Positions 38,029 through 49,633 of a stretch of DNA of 64,000 bases are shown in pieces (the stretch's first letter is position 1; each line of letters starts with the position of its first letter). The stretch is from contig OZ024740.1 of the NCBI GenBank assembly GCA_964016885.1, positions 410,812,001 through 410,876,000 of the forward strand, written 5' to 3'. The translations under genes and the position numbers were made by a program. The notes beneath the pieces were generated by a model. It did no database searches and was not told the DNA's origin. It saw nothing but the letters and a program-made list of their open reading frames with translations. The stretch is from Eledone cirrhosa. Lineage: Eukaryota.

Positions 38029-41000
38029 AAAGAAAAAAAGAAAAAAAAAGAAAAAAAGAAAAAAAGAAAAAAAGAAAAAAAGAAAAAAAGAAAAAAAGAA
38101 AAAAAGAAAAAAAGAAAAAAAGAAAAAAAGAAAAAAAGAAAAAAAGAAAAAAAGAAAAAAAAAATTCTCTTCCTTCCCCCTCCAAAAACAAAATACAGAG
38201 GGAAACAAATAAACTATCAAACAAAAAAGTTAGGACAGATATGCCACCATCCAGACCAGCATCACCAACCCCATCACCCCAAACACCAACACCATCACCA
38301 TCATTAACCCCAACACCACCATCAACTACACCACAAAAGTCACCAAAATGCGAAACAGAAACAAACCCACAACAAACACAAACAAAACAAAACAACCAAA
38401 AACGATACACACTACACAGCATTAAATTTGAACAACAACCAATTATTACACTATATCCAACACAACACCAGCATCACAGAAAAAGACTACACAACAACCC
38501 AAAAGTTCACACCACCTCCACACATACAAATCACTCGCATCACAAACGTACATGATACTAAAACAAAAATTACCCAAAGACATCGGAGACTTCCGACAAG
38601 CACTCTCCAGGAGGATTTATAAGGATATCCTTCCTGAGGAGGCCACAAGCAGTGAAAAGGATGGAGAAACCGTCCTTCCTCTACGAGAAGTAAGGTAAGT
38701 GGTCTTTCCCATCTTATCCACTCCATTTCAACATGACCTCACTCAGAATAGGCAGCATAAATGCGCGTGGCTTGAGGTCGTCATGGAAGCAGGGTCACCT
38801 GCTCAACGACCTCAGGTCACTAAACATAGATGTAGTGGCCATCAGCGAGACCAGAATCTCCGAAGCACGGGCCTTCGCACCGATCTTCGGCGGCTACAAT
38901 GTGTACGCATCTCCCAGCCGTCCGGGATCGGGGGGAAGAGTTGCTGTGATTTTTCGGAGAGGTTTGGATCTTGCCATACGGGCCATCTTCCTGGACCCAG
39001 AAGGTAAGTTGGTGGTGCTAGACGTGACCAGCGGAGACGGGCAAGCTTTCAGGTTAGTGGCCGTCTATGCCCCGACAGGAGCAGGGCGGCCTGATTTCTT
39101 CCGGCGTCTGGAGACTTTCTTGGAACGTCCCGCTCTTTAGCGTTAGTGGGCGACTAGAACGGGATCTTAGATGCACGCTGAGACTGTGTGGGATTAGTGG
39201 ATAGGGGAGGAGGGTGCAAGAGTCTCACCAACCTGCTCAGACGTTTTGAACTGACTGTCTGACAGGTACCGATTGGATTTCCCGAATGTGCCAATGTGGA
39301 CTTGGAAAAATCGTATGGAGTCATCCAGATCATATCTAGATAGAGTATTTTGTAGGGAAATAGATAGGTCTAGCATAGGCTGTCCACAATTCAAGATAGT
39401 CAGCTACAAGGAACACAAATTCGTGATCTGTGTGCTTGACTTAGATAGGCTTCATAGACGAGGACTCGGCTACTGGAAGCTAAACGCGTCCTTACCAGCG
39501 CGCAAGGCCTACAGAGAACGGATTAGCGAACTAGTTAAGTGAGCGCTGACGGGGGCCATCGTCAACAACAAGTGGTGGTTTGCTCTGAAAAGAGCAATTA
39601 GAATAGAGTCCATTAGGTTTAGTAAGGCTTTAGCAATAGAGAAAAATAGAGCAGAGGGAGAATTAGTTAGAAAATTAGACGAGGCGCTTAGCAAAGGCAT
39701 CGCGACCGACGTATTTGCGGCGAAATTGGGTCTTGACCAATTCTTCAATGCAAAGGACGAAGGCTGCGTTGTCAGAGCTAGCGGGCGTGCTCTCAGACAT
39801 GAGGGGACGAAAGCCGTTCAATGGGCCCGAGTGGCGGAGGCGCGTCGTGGCAACAAAGCCACGATGCGGTCTTTGGTGGACCACGACGGGCGCATGCTAC
39901 TCGATGCCGGGCAAATGTGTGAAGCTTTTCAGCGACACTTCGCACAGCTGATCGGGGGCAGCGGCGGGCCGGATCGAGGGATGGACTTTAGTGTCTACCT
40001 CGACGGACTGCCGCGGCTATCGGCCACTGAGGCGGAGTGTTGCGAAAAGCCGATAACAGCCGCTGAAGTACGGGAGGCAATAACTGGCTGCACAAGGGGT
40101 AAATCGCCTGGTTTGGATCATATCCCCTATGAACTTTACGTACAGATGCCAGACTTGTTCGGAGGCCTCTTGGCGGACGTCTGCTGCAACTGGCAACAGA
40201 ACGGGAGAATTCCCAGCTCTATGAGCCGAGGAGCTGTGGCGCTGCTGAGAAAGGATCCGAACAAGGGGGATAACAGATAATTTCAGGCCCATAACTCTGC
40301 TAAACACAGTGTTCAAGATTTTGGCCAAGGTGCTAGCAAAGAGGTTGGCGCTTGTCGTTGGTGGTCTGGTGGGAGTGGCTTAGACATGCGCCATTCCCGA
40401 CAGATTCATCCACGACAACCTCCACCTCATGCGATACATCGTAGAGAGGGTAGCTAGGGAACCTGGCACGGGTGGGTCCTTGTTCAATTTAGATCAGTCG
40501 AAAGCTTTCGATAGGGTCGACCATCGTTACCTAGCGGCAGTCCTGAGGGCGGCTGGCTTTGGGCCCGTCTTCAGAGGCTGGATCGCTGCCATGCACAGCG
40601 ACATCTGCTCTGTGGTGAGAGTGAACGGTCACCTTTCGGAACCGTTCAACATCATGCGCTCTGTCCGCTAAGGATGTCCCCTCTCGTCCCTCTTGTGCGT
40701 ATTGACTCTCGAGCCATTACTGCACAAACTGGAGACGTTGAGGGGGTTCCCGTGCTAACTAGGATGCGGAAGATCCGTGTCAGCATATGCGGACGATGTC
40801 ACCGTAGTGGTGTCGAACGCCAAACACATCGAGGTGATCGGCAGTACACTAAGAGAATACGAAGCGGTGACAGGAGCAATGATCAACCAGGAAACGTCAG
40901 TGGGCCTGCAGCTCGGCACCTGGAGAGGCAGGTTCATGCCCTCCAACAGCATCGTCATGCCCGCCAACAGCATCGTCTGGCTTTGACAGTTCGGGATAAA

Positions 41001-41685
41001 CTCTACAGGCATGGAGGTGCCGTCAGCCGGGCAGGTCCGAGATGCGCGCAGGGCGACGAAATCGTCCTGCACGCACTCCTCCAGTGTCCGAGCATTGTGG
41101 GTTTATGTCGAACACCTGCTGTCACGTGTAGGACGGATCCAGCTATCAGCTGAGTCCATCGTGAGGATTTCCCCGCTCTCTTCCTTTAGCCGGGAAGGGC
41201 GGGCAGTTTTTATCTGTCTGGTGGCCATGGCGAAAGAGATAGTATGGTGGACACGTTTGAAAGGGCTGAAGACGAGCACTTACCTCTTCGGTGATGCCCT
41301 GATTAACTTTTTCAAATTTCATTTGAAAAGGAAAATCAAGGTAGAGAGGGAAGTGCTCTCTTCCCAGCATTTTGTTGAAAGATGGGTGAGAGATGCACGT
41401 ATGGCCCGAATGAATGGGCCTTCTCTGAGTATGTGTCTGTAAATTAAAGGTGGAAAACTGGGAGAGGGCACTTGGCCTGGTGGTCAGGGTCACTGTGATC
41501 TTTTAATGGGCTTTCTCCACAAATGTCCCTCGGAAGTCTCCCCCCATTTGGGGAATTTTTCTTTGTTATTTTATTACATCCTCTGTTTTTTTTACACGCA
41601 GAAATGCCCATTTGTACCGTCCTGTATTGTCCTGTACTGTCCTTAATGTCTACTTTATGTAAACCCTTGTGGTTAATATAGAAAA

Positions 41686-41687
<2 letters not shown>
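36334..41687 (+). mobile_element. Tx1-B copy 2, near full length, internal ORF2 deletion near 40980; (TTA)n tail 41688-41741
   Basis: ORF1 fragments from 36546; ORF2 start MTSLRIGSINARGL at 38733; YADD; multiple stops. Confidence 0.92.
37922..38165 (+). repeat. Expanded A-rich repeat (GA6/GA7 units) within Tx1-B ORF1
   Basis: About 240 bp here versus about 35 bp at the orthologous site near 50810-50845. Confidence 0.9.
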
Positions 41688-41741
<54 letters not shown>

Positions 41742-42440
41742 GGGCGGTGGATTTGCAGTATCAGTAGAGCGTCAGACACCATGCTTTGCAGCAAGGAGTT
41801 ATGGATCTTTATAATCTGAGTTCAAATCCCGGTGGGGTTAACTTTGCCTTTTATCTTTAGGGGTCGATAACATAATGTACCAGTCACACACTGGGGTCGA
41901 TTTTAATCAACTCCCCCCCCCCCCAAAAAAAAAAGAAATTGCTGGCCTTGTGCCTATATAAGAAAACTTTATTAGCGGTAGTATTAGAGGGTGGGGTTGG
42001 CAGAGTTGTTAGAGTGCCGGACAACATGCTTTGCGTCATTTAATTTCGACCCTTTACGTTCTGAGTTCAAATCCCGCTGAGGGTAGATTTATTTTTCATT
42101 CTTACGGGGGTGATAAACTAAAATAACAGTAACGTAGGGGGTCTATTTAGTCGACCTTCCCCTTAACCTCATATTGCTGGTCTTGTGCCAAAAATAGAAA
42201 AGTATATTATTAGTAACAGCCTACCCATCAACAATTAGAAAAGAAATAAAACATGAAAGAATCGTTAGAGCATCAAAGAAATGCTTTGTGTTATTTCTGT
42301 CACGGATCTCAACGTTCTAGGTTGAAATATCGCCGAGGTCAATTTTTCCTTTTATCCTATTAGGAGTCGATAAAATAAAGTATTAGATAAGAACTGGAGT
42401 CGATATAATTGATTTTCCCTCACTCAAATAAATAGCTGAG
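41742..42440 (+). mobile_element. Three tandem family-1 SINE copies (41742-41967, 41988-42201, about 42258-42440)
   Basis: Repeated GTTCAAATCC B box and GGGTCGATAA core with increasing divergence. Confidence 0.8.
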
Positions 42441-43092
42441 AGAGTAAATTAGAATCATGGGAGATTGGATTCGGGAGGGAATGTAGTTAAAACGATTATT
42501 GTGACGTTTATACCTTACATTTGTCTGTGTAAACATACCAGTAGTATTCATTGATCAGGTATATTACGCCTTCTGTTGTGAGATACACCATTCTAAATTG
42601 GAAATCGGTTTTTATTCTGCACATTATATATGAAGGTGCATCATATTGTTTGACACCATGTTTATTGAAAGAATCATTAACAACGTTAGTGAAAGGAAAT
42701 CATTTCATCTAGAAAGGCAACGAAGCTTATAGATCTTCTTTTCGGCCGTTTTTTGGCCATTTCTCTCAGCAGAAAATATTTAATGTTTTCGGCACACCGA
42801 CTCGTTTATATTGTATTTGATGCGAAGGAAATATTGCTTATTGGATATGGTATTAACGTAAAACCAGAATGCTTATGCTCTGAAAGACAGAACATAACCG
42901 CTGTTTTTTACTCGCTGGGTATAGACACGTTCAGACTCTTTGCGGTATCAAGCAATAAGGAATTTAAAGAGAGTCGCCTGCCATTGATAATAAATATTGA
43001 GTTTTTTAATACACAAAGCTATAAGCTCTAAAACAGGTGATTATATATATATATATATGAAACTTACTAAACAAATTCAGAAACGAAATATA

Positions 43093-43474
43093 TATATATT
43101 GGTAAACGGAATAGAAAATGCTGACAAATTGTTCACAGTGAAAAATAGTTTAATTAGGAATAAGTGAGAATTAGTAATTGTATTGGTTAGTATTCAGTTT
43201 TGGTTTTAAGTTTTACCGGTTGCGCATTTCTAATGCTTTTCAAAAATAATTTTGAGATAGAGCGTCCGTGATGTGTGCTCTGATCAGAGCAAACATCACG
43301 GACGCTCTATCACAAAATTATTTTTGAAAAGCATTAGAAATGCGCAACCGGTAAAACTTAAAACCAAAACTGAATACTAACCAATACAATTACTAATTCT
43401 CACTTATTCCTAATTAAACTATTTTTCACTGTGAACAATTTGTCAGCATTTTCTATTCCGTTTACCAATATATA
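43093..43474. repeat. 382-bp near-perfect spacerless palindrome
   Basis: Centre GCTCTGA|TCAGAGC at 43283/43284; two mismatches seen; flanked by TA-rich sequence. Confidence 0.95.
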
Positions 43475-43503
43475 ATAACTTGTGTGTTACACCTCTATTC
43501 TTT

Positions 43504-43541
<38 letters not shown>

Positions 43542-43604
43542 AAGAGTGAAGAATAACATGGTCGGTTGTACAAAAAGGGTTTCATTTACAGTTTCATTGC
43601 TTAT

Positions 43605-44428
43605 CTGGTTATCATTTATTTTGTTTTGACCTGTTTAGCTTGATTTGGTTTTGCGCTTGGGTGATTAATGGCTTCTTGACCACCTTTTAAGTTTTGTATG
43701 GCTTCTTAACACATTGTTTAGCTCTGGTTTTAACTATTGAGCACTTTGCCAGTATCATTTCTGATTTTTGCGTTTCGCTTCGCCTTTCCTGCCCGCCGAA
43801 ATGCGATTCTCGCTGAATTTTTATTTGTATTAATCTCCCGTGTCTTACAATTAACTTGTTAATAATTTCTATTGGCAGGTTAATTGTATAAGTTTATTTT
43901 AAAACTACCCGGTTGAGAACTTATTCGATTTGTGCTATTTATGCTATTTTTCGCATGATATACACATATTGAATTACTTTGCCAAAATCTGGGGTTATTC
44001 CCCTTGTGATTTCCACACGTGGTTTAACTTACGACCGTGTCATTCACTTATTTAGTACAGACCCAAATACCTGTTGATAACGTGATATTCCTTGTTCGAT
44101 CATTATACACAAAGCTTATATTTTTAAGCAGACTGTATTTTGATTTAGGTGTCACAGAAACTCTACATCTAACAGCAATTCCGGGAGTCCAGGTCTGGTT
44201 ATCATTTATTTTTTATCATTTATTTTGTTTTGACCTGTTTAGCTTGATTTGGTTTTTGGCTTGGGTGGTTAATGCCTTCTTGAACACGTTTTCAGTTTTG
44301 TATGGCTTCTTAACACATTGTTTAGCTCTGATTTTAACTATTGAGCACTTTGCCAGTATCATTTCTAAAGTTTGCGTTTCGCTTCGCCTTTCCTGCCCGC
44401 CGAAATGCGATTCTCGATGAAATTTATT

Positions 44429-44433
<5 letters not shown>
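43605..44433. repeat. About 230-bp direct repeats (43605-43830, 44194-44433), pLTR-like
   Basis: Two similar copies separated by about 360 bp, bounded by (TA)n. Confidence 0.85.
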
Positions 44434-44467
<34 letters not shown>

Positions 44468-44490
44468 CCCAAGCAAGCGTTTGTTTTGAA

Positions 44491-44632
44491 GACAGCGAGC
44501 GAAGTTTGAAATTAAGTAAAAATAGAAGCTTTCGCCGTATTTAGTGCTAATATTAGACGAGTACATCACCCATCCCTCTTCATTCAAGCGAAAACTTCTA
44601 TTTCTAATTAATTTTAAACTTCGCTCGCTGTC
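44491..44632. repeat. Short fold-back element, about 45-bp arms
   Basis: GACAGCGAGCGAAGTTT..TTTCGC / GCGAAA..AAACTTCGCTCGCTGTC. Confidence 0.8.
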
Positions 44633-44741
44633 ATTATACTTACTTACATTGTCGTTATACTTGCTACGTATATATAGCTTCTAATTTTCTTTTCGGGGCA
44701 AACTTAGATTATATGGCTTTTATTATTTTCATGACTTAAAA

Positions 44742-44958
44742 GGCGGCGGATTGGCAGTATCAGTAGAGGGTCAGATGCCATGCTTTGTAGCATCGAGTTC
44801 CGGCCTTCTATGATCTGAGTTTAAATCTCGTCGAGGTTAACTTTGCCTTTCATCCTTACAGCGTCGATGAAATAAAGTACCAGTCACGCACTAGGATCGA
44901 TTTAATTGACTTTACCCTCCCCCTAAAATTGCTGGCCTTGTGCCTATATAAGAAACCA
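44742..44958 (+). mobile_element. tRNA-derived SINE (family 1)
   Basis: A box TGGCAGTATCAG and family core. Confidence 0.85.
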
Positions 44959-45056
44959 TTATTTCCATGCTCAAGTTGTATGTTGACAGCTTACATAAAG
45001 AGACTGGCGGTCCATCTTTGTTTCAGTAGCTCCTCCTGAATCATTTCCGCTTATGT

Positions 45057-45310
45057 TTATGGAAGTTTACGCTGGATAGAAAACCGAGTGCCTCTTGTCA
45101 ACTGTATATATACAGTCTTCTTAGGACTATACATTCCTATTTCTACTATGTCATGTTCCGAGAAAATTTTTGGTGTCACTTTCACATTGTAGATGAACTC
45201 TATGTTATTCGTGAAGCAGAGATTCAGGGTATTCCCACCTTTTTTGGGGTGGAAAACCATTAGTTCCATGAAGAGTTTGTAAGATCCATCATGGATTCTG
45301 TCAGCATTTG
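45057..45310 (-). pseudogene. LINE APE endonuclease C-terminal fragment (CR1/L2-like)
   Basis: HPKKGGNTLNLCFTN..VKVTP..FSEHDIV matches PT..N.LDL.FTN..SDH..V. Confidence 0.6.
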
Positions 45311-46059
45311 ATCAGGTGCCGCCATTCCTACAAAGGGCTAGCCTTCGAGCCGTTTGACTTAGTTAGATAAATAAAATAAATATGATAAATAATTAAATTT
45401 GGAAAATATTTAATGGTAAACTTAATTATTCCATGTAATAATTTATTGAGTGAATCATATTTTTGTAAACGGAGCAAGAAAGTAAATTGTCACATAAATT
45501 CGTCCCAAGAAGCACGTGAAACCCCTTATTTGCTTGGTGATATATATGAATATATATATATGTCTAAATATCTGGTATATAAGGTTATAAAAGAAGCGAA
45601 AACATACTAGTTATTCTTGATACCACGTATTCTACATACATCATAAATCATAAATTTAACCAGGAATATAATTACAGAAACACAAATGATTATTGATAGG
45701 TTCACCCTATTTTATCAACAAGGGCATTAAAAATGTATTATTTTGCTTCACATATTGCCATAAAATAATATAGAAACAGAATTAAGAAAAAAGATAACAG
45801 TAATTTATGAAGTCAAGACAATATGTATATTTATATTCATATATTCAATATAAATCCACAGCAAGGTGTTAAAAAGTGAGGCGTTCTGCAAATATCTTCG
45901 TGTAATATATATTGGGTTTATAACATGTAGAGATTTCACCGGTAGTAATGTTAAGATTACACACTTGTATCTGTAATATACAGTTAAGATCTAAGCGAGA
46001 CTGCGTAAATGCGTATATAAATTTACCTATTGTGTATATAGACATATACAGATAGAAAC

Positions 46060-47178
46060 GTATCGTATACTTCGGCTGCTTAGCTCAGAACCTAATACAA
46101 ATGAAAATGAACTACCTACATGATAATAATCAACTTCCTTTATACTTCCTTACTGTTTTTATAATATAATTAAGTAGTTATTCCTTTGCAAACTCTCGTA
46201 AATTTTCATAAATTTAGAATTATTTGGTTGTTTAAGTTTTGACTTACAACTATTAATAAATATAATTTTGCCAAACTTACTTTAATAAAATAAACTACAC
46301 TAGATTTTCTCTAATTTAAATTACTATATATTTATTTAAATAATTTATAATCCATAACATACACATCTAAATCAATATATTATTACTAATACATCTTAAT
46401 ATATTATAAATACTTCTGTTTTAATTTAAATTTTTTATTTTTTATTTTTTATTTTTAATATTAATATTAAATTAAATCTTTAATATTAAGGCAAATTTTA
46501 ATCTTTAATTTTGATTTTTAATTTTTAATTTTAATCTAATTTTTTAACCTATCATTATAAATATTATAATCACAACGTAATGAACCCTACATTCTAAATA
46601 TTATTCTTCCACGTTAATCTTATTTCTTCTTTCCCTTCTTCTTTCACTTAGATATATTTACGCTATGTATATTTTTCATTAAAACTTATTTCTTCATTCA
46701 CTCTGACTATCTTCACTATCACTATGTATAATCGTTCTTTCTTTCCTCTTCTCTCATTCTCCTTCCTTTTCTTTTTTCTCTCTCCCTTACATATCATCTT
46801 CTTCCAACAGTTTAATTTAAATAAACCGTTATATTTTTAACTTTTCGGACACTCATTTGCATACTCACTCATAACTTTGTATTACCCTCAATAAAATATT
46901 ATCTCCACTATCCAGGAAGCTCCAACCGTTAAGGTTGTCTTTTTTCCGGGTATGTCAATATTTATTTATAAAACAAATCTGTATTTTATCTGATGAAAGC
47001 GCACCATAATTTGCCTTGGTTGCCCTTGAAATATATATAATAAAATAAATATGGTTTTATAAATATAGTTTCCATTTATTAATATATTGTGTATTTACTC
47101 CACTAAACTGTTGAGGAGTTTATATCAGTTATAACAAATTTTAAGCTTGTTGAATCCCAACAAATTAAATATAACCTC

Positions 47179-47181
<3 letters not shown>
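46060..47181 (+). mobile_element. PLE 3' tail related to the 1175-2700 tail
   Basis: 46945-47181 is homologous to the reverse complement of 1175-1410 (hammerhead plus terminal segment ending TGC-(AT)n); 5' boundary uncertain. Confidence 0.75.
46982..47048 (+). ncRNA. Type I hammerhead ribozyme
   Basis: Stem I TATTTTAT/ATAAAATA; CTGATGA 46990-46996; stem II AAGcGCACCA/TGGtTGCcCTT; GAAA 47028-47031; stem III ATATATAT. Confidence 0.85.
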
Positions 47182-47250
<69 letters not shown>

Positions 47251-47287
47251 CATAGTGGAAATGATAAATGTGAAAACTAAATTCCGA

Positions 47288-47342
47288 AGAGTTTCAGAAG
47301 ATCCCGTTAAGGGCGAAAGCAGCGTGTCTTTGCTTAAACTTT
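47288..47342 (+). ncRNA. Degenerate hammerhead ribozyme
   Basis: AGAGTTT-CAGAAGA-tCCC gttaa GGGc-GAAA-GCA..TGC-TT-AAACTTT; core U4 is mutated. Confidence 0.55.
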
Positions 47343-47607
47343 AATCTGTCGTTTTAATATATATATATATGAATATTAATAAATATTAACTATTAATATT
47401 CATACTCGTAAAATGTATTGCTCGTATTAATAAATACAAAAAAACACAATAAGTTCTCTTGCACTAGATTCAGTATTTTTTCTTATTGCTTTCCGTGAAT
47501 ATTTTTGATGTATGTTCATATATATGTCCATATATACACTCAAACAAACAAACAAACACTCACACTCACAAACACACACACACAGACTTTATAGACACAC
47601 ACCCACG

Positions 47608-47674
<67 letters not shown>

Positions 47675-47760
47675 CTCCATATTCGAATTTTCTATTTTCT
47701 ATTTTCTCTATATCCTATCTTCCGTTATATGTTTGGTTTCAACGTAATCCTGTTACATAA

Positions 47761-47854
47761 TTCTGCAGATGACGCCTGATGAGATCGCCTTGTCTCGCAT
47801 CATAATCGGATGATGCATCTGGCACATTGAAATATGTATAGTGATTTTGTAGAA
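47761..47854 (+). ncRNA. Type I hammerhead ribozyme in an about 235-bp (TA)n-flanked mini-element
   Basis: CTGATGA 47776-47782; stem II GAT/ATT, GCC/GGC, GCATCAT/ATGATGC; GAAA 47829-47832; stem I CGC/GTG plus TTCTGCAGA/TTTGTAGAA. Confidence 0.75.
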
Positions 47855-47907
47855 TGAATACTCGAAAGTTATTTTTCCAGTCCGGCCTTCTGTTGTTGTT
47901 TGAATGA

Positions 47908-47944
<37 letters not shown>

Positions 47945-47947
<3 letters not shown>

Positions 47948-48089
47948 AAGAAGTTGTGGTAAGATACTAGGTGAACCATAACGCACCAGAGTACTGGATA
48001 CTTAGAGTAGTAGAGTGAGTAATAGGAAAGAGTCAGGACCCCGAGGTCTGACACGGCCGGAGCTCAGCCGTCGGGGTCCTGACTCGTTT

Positions 48090-48091
<2 letters not shown>
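47945..48091. repeat. Family-H element with short fold-back
   Basis: GTGGTAAG..AGGTGAACCATAACGCACCAGAGTACT head; GAGTCAGGACCCCGA/TCGGGGTCCTGACTC arms. Confidence 0.8.
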
Positions 48092-48181
<90 letters not shown>

Positions 48182-48189
48182 TAGACACG

Positions 48190-48263
<74 letters not shown>

Positions 48264-48718
48264 CGTGTGTGTGTGTGTGTAAATATATATATGAGATCAA
48301 CAGCAGTGTGTATATTATCTGTTAGTAATAGAAATAAAATATTGTCCAGGCTTTTTGAAAACTAAGACAATACTTACCCTGACATTTATTTATTTCATAA
48401 CTATACTATTAATAATCATTATCATAACTACTATTATTTTATCACTTCTCTTTATATAGTGATTTTAATGATATATTTTCTTCCTTGTTTTCCTTGCTTA
48501 TTAACTAACCTTATTAACTAACAAAGACATCGTTTAATGCCCTAACCCCAGAGAATGTAACATATAACTGTCTCAGTTGTTCTACTAAATGTTTCACTCT
48601 GTAATTTATTAATTTTCATGAAATATGCTAGTGTAACTAGAAACTTAGTCGTTTGTAAAACGTTCAGTTTAGCAAGCAACAGCTACTTGCACTAAAGCGC
48701 ATGCATTAAATAATTGAA

Positions 48719-48904
48719 GGGCGGTGGATTGGCAGTATCGGTAGAGGGGCGGACGCCATGCTTTGACGCATAGAGTTATGGCCCTTGCCATTCTGAGTTC
48801 AAATACCGCCGAGATTAACTTTGCCTCTCATCCTTACGGGGTCGATAAAATAAGTACCAGTAATGCACTGGGTAATTGCTGGCCTAGTGTCAAAAGTAGA
48901 AACA
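48719..48904 (+). mobile_element. Family-1 SINE with 13-bp TSD
   Basis: TSD ATTAAATAATTGA at 48705-48717 and 48905-48917. Confidence 0.9.
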
Positions 48905-49633
48905 ATTAAATAATTGAGGACTACAAAATATAAATATTATTACCAAACTATCACCACCACCTCTGTTAACCAATATCCTTACTGATAATATCACCAAATG
49001 TAATTCTCAGTATATTGTATGTATGTGCGTGTGAGTATGTTAGTTACATACGGTGAGTAAATGGAATTTTACTTCTCCTGCCTTCACTGTTCCCCCATCA
49101 ATCCTAAAAAGTAAATGGCCTTCTGTATTTTCTTACTCATATACCATTACTATATCACCACCACCCTCAAAACTCAAGTAAATGACTTCTTTATTCTACT
49201 TCTCCTGTTATTACTCCCCCTCTTATGAAAATATTCTCTCTCAATTCCCTCTACTTCCCATTGCGAAAAACGTACTTTAGCGTATTAATGTTGTAGAAGA
49301 ATATGATATGGCTCTATTTTGTACTATCCATTCACTTTGGTCAATATTATGTATGTATGTATGTGCACTGAGCCAATCCCACTCTCTGAGCAACAGTAGC
49401 TATAACCCGAAAAGAAAAAAAGATCAACATCATCGGTAACTGCTGAGCCGCAGGTTTTATGTCGGAGTTAACCCAGTTTCCTGAGATGCCTTCTCCTAGA
49501 AGAATGCCCTGATAAGGGCTAGGGGTTCTTCACTCCCAGTGGTTTAACTGCGCGTTCGGGTATCCAGCCCGATTATTTCCATGTCCCCGCGCATAAAAAA
49601 GAAAAAATAGTGTATTATTATTATTATTATTAT

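Noticed and set aside
49370-49612. Possible RTE-type 5' UTR or HDV-like ribozyme on the minus strand
   Set aside because: Only a vague resemblance; I could not build the nested pseudoknot by eye.
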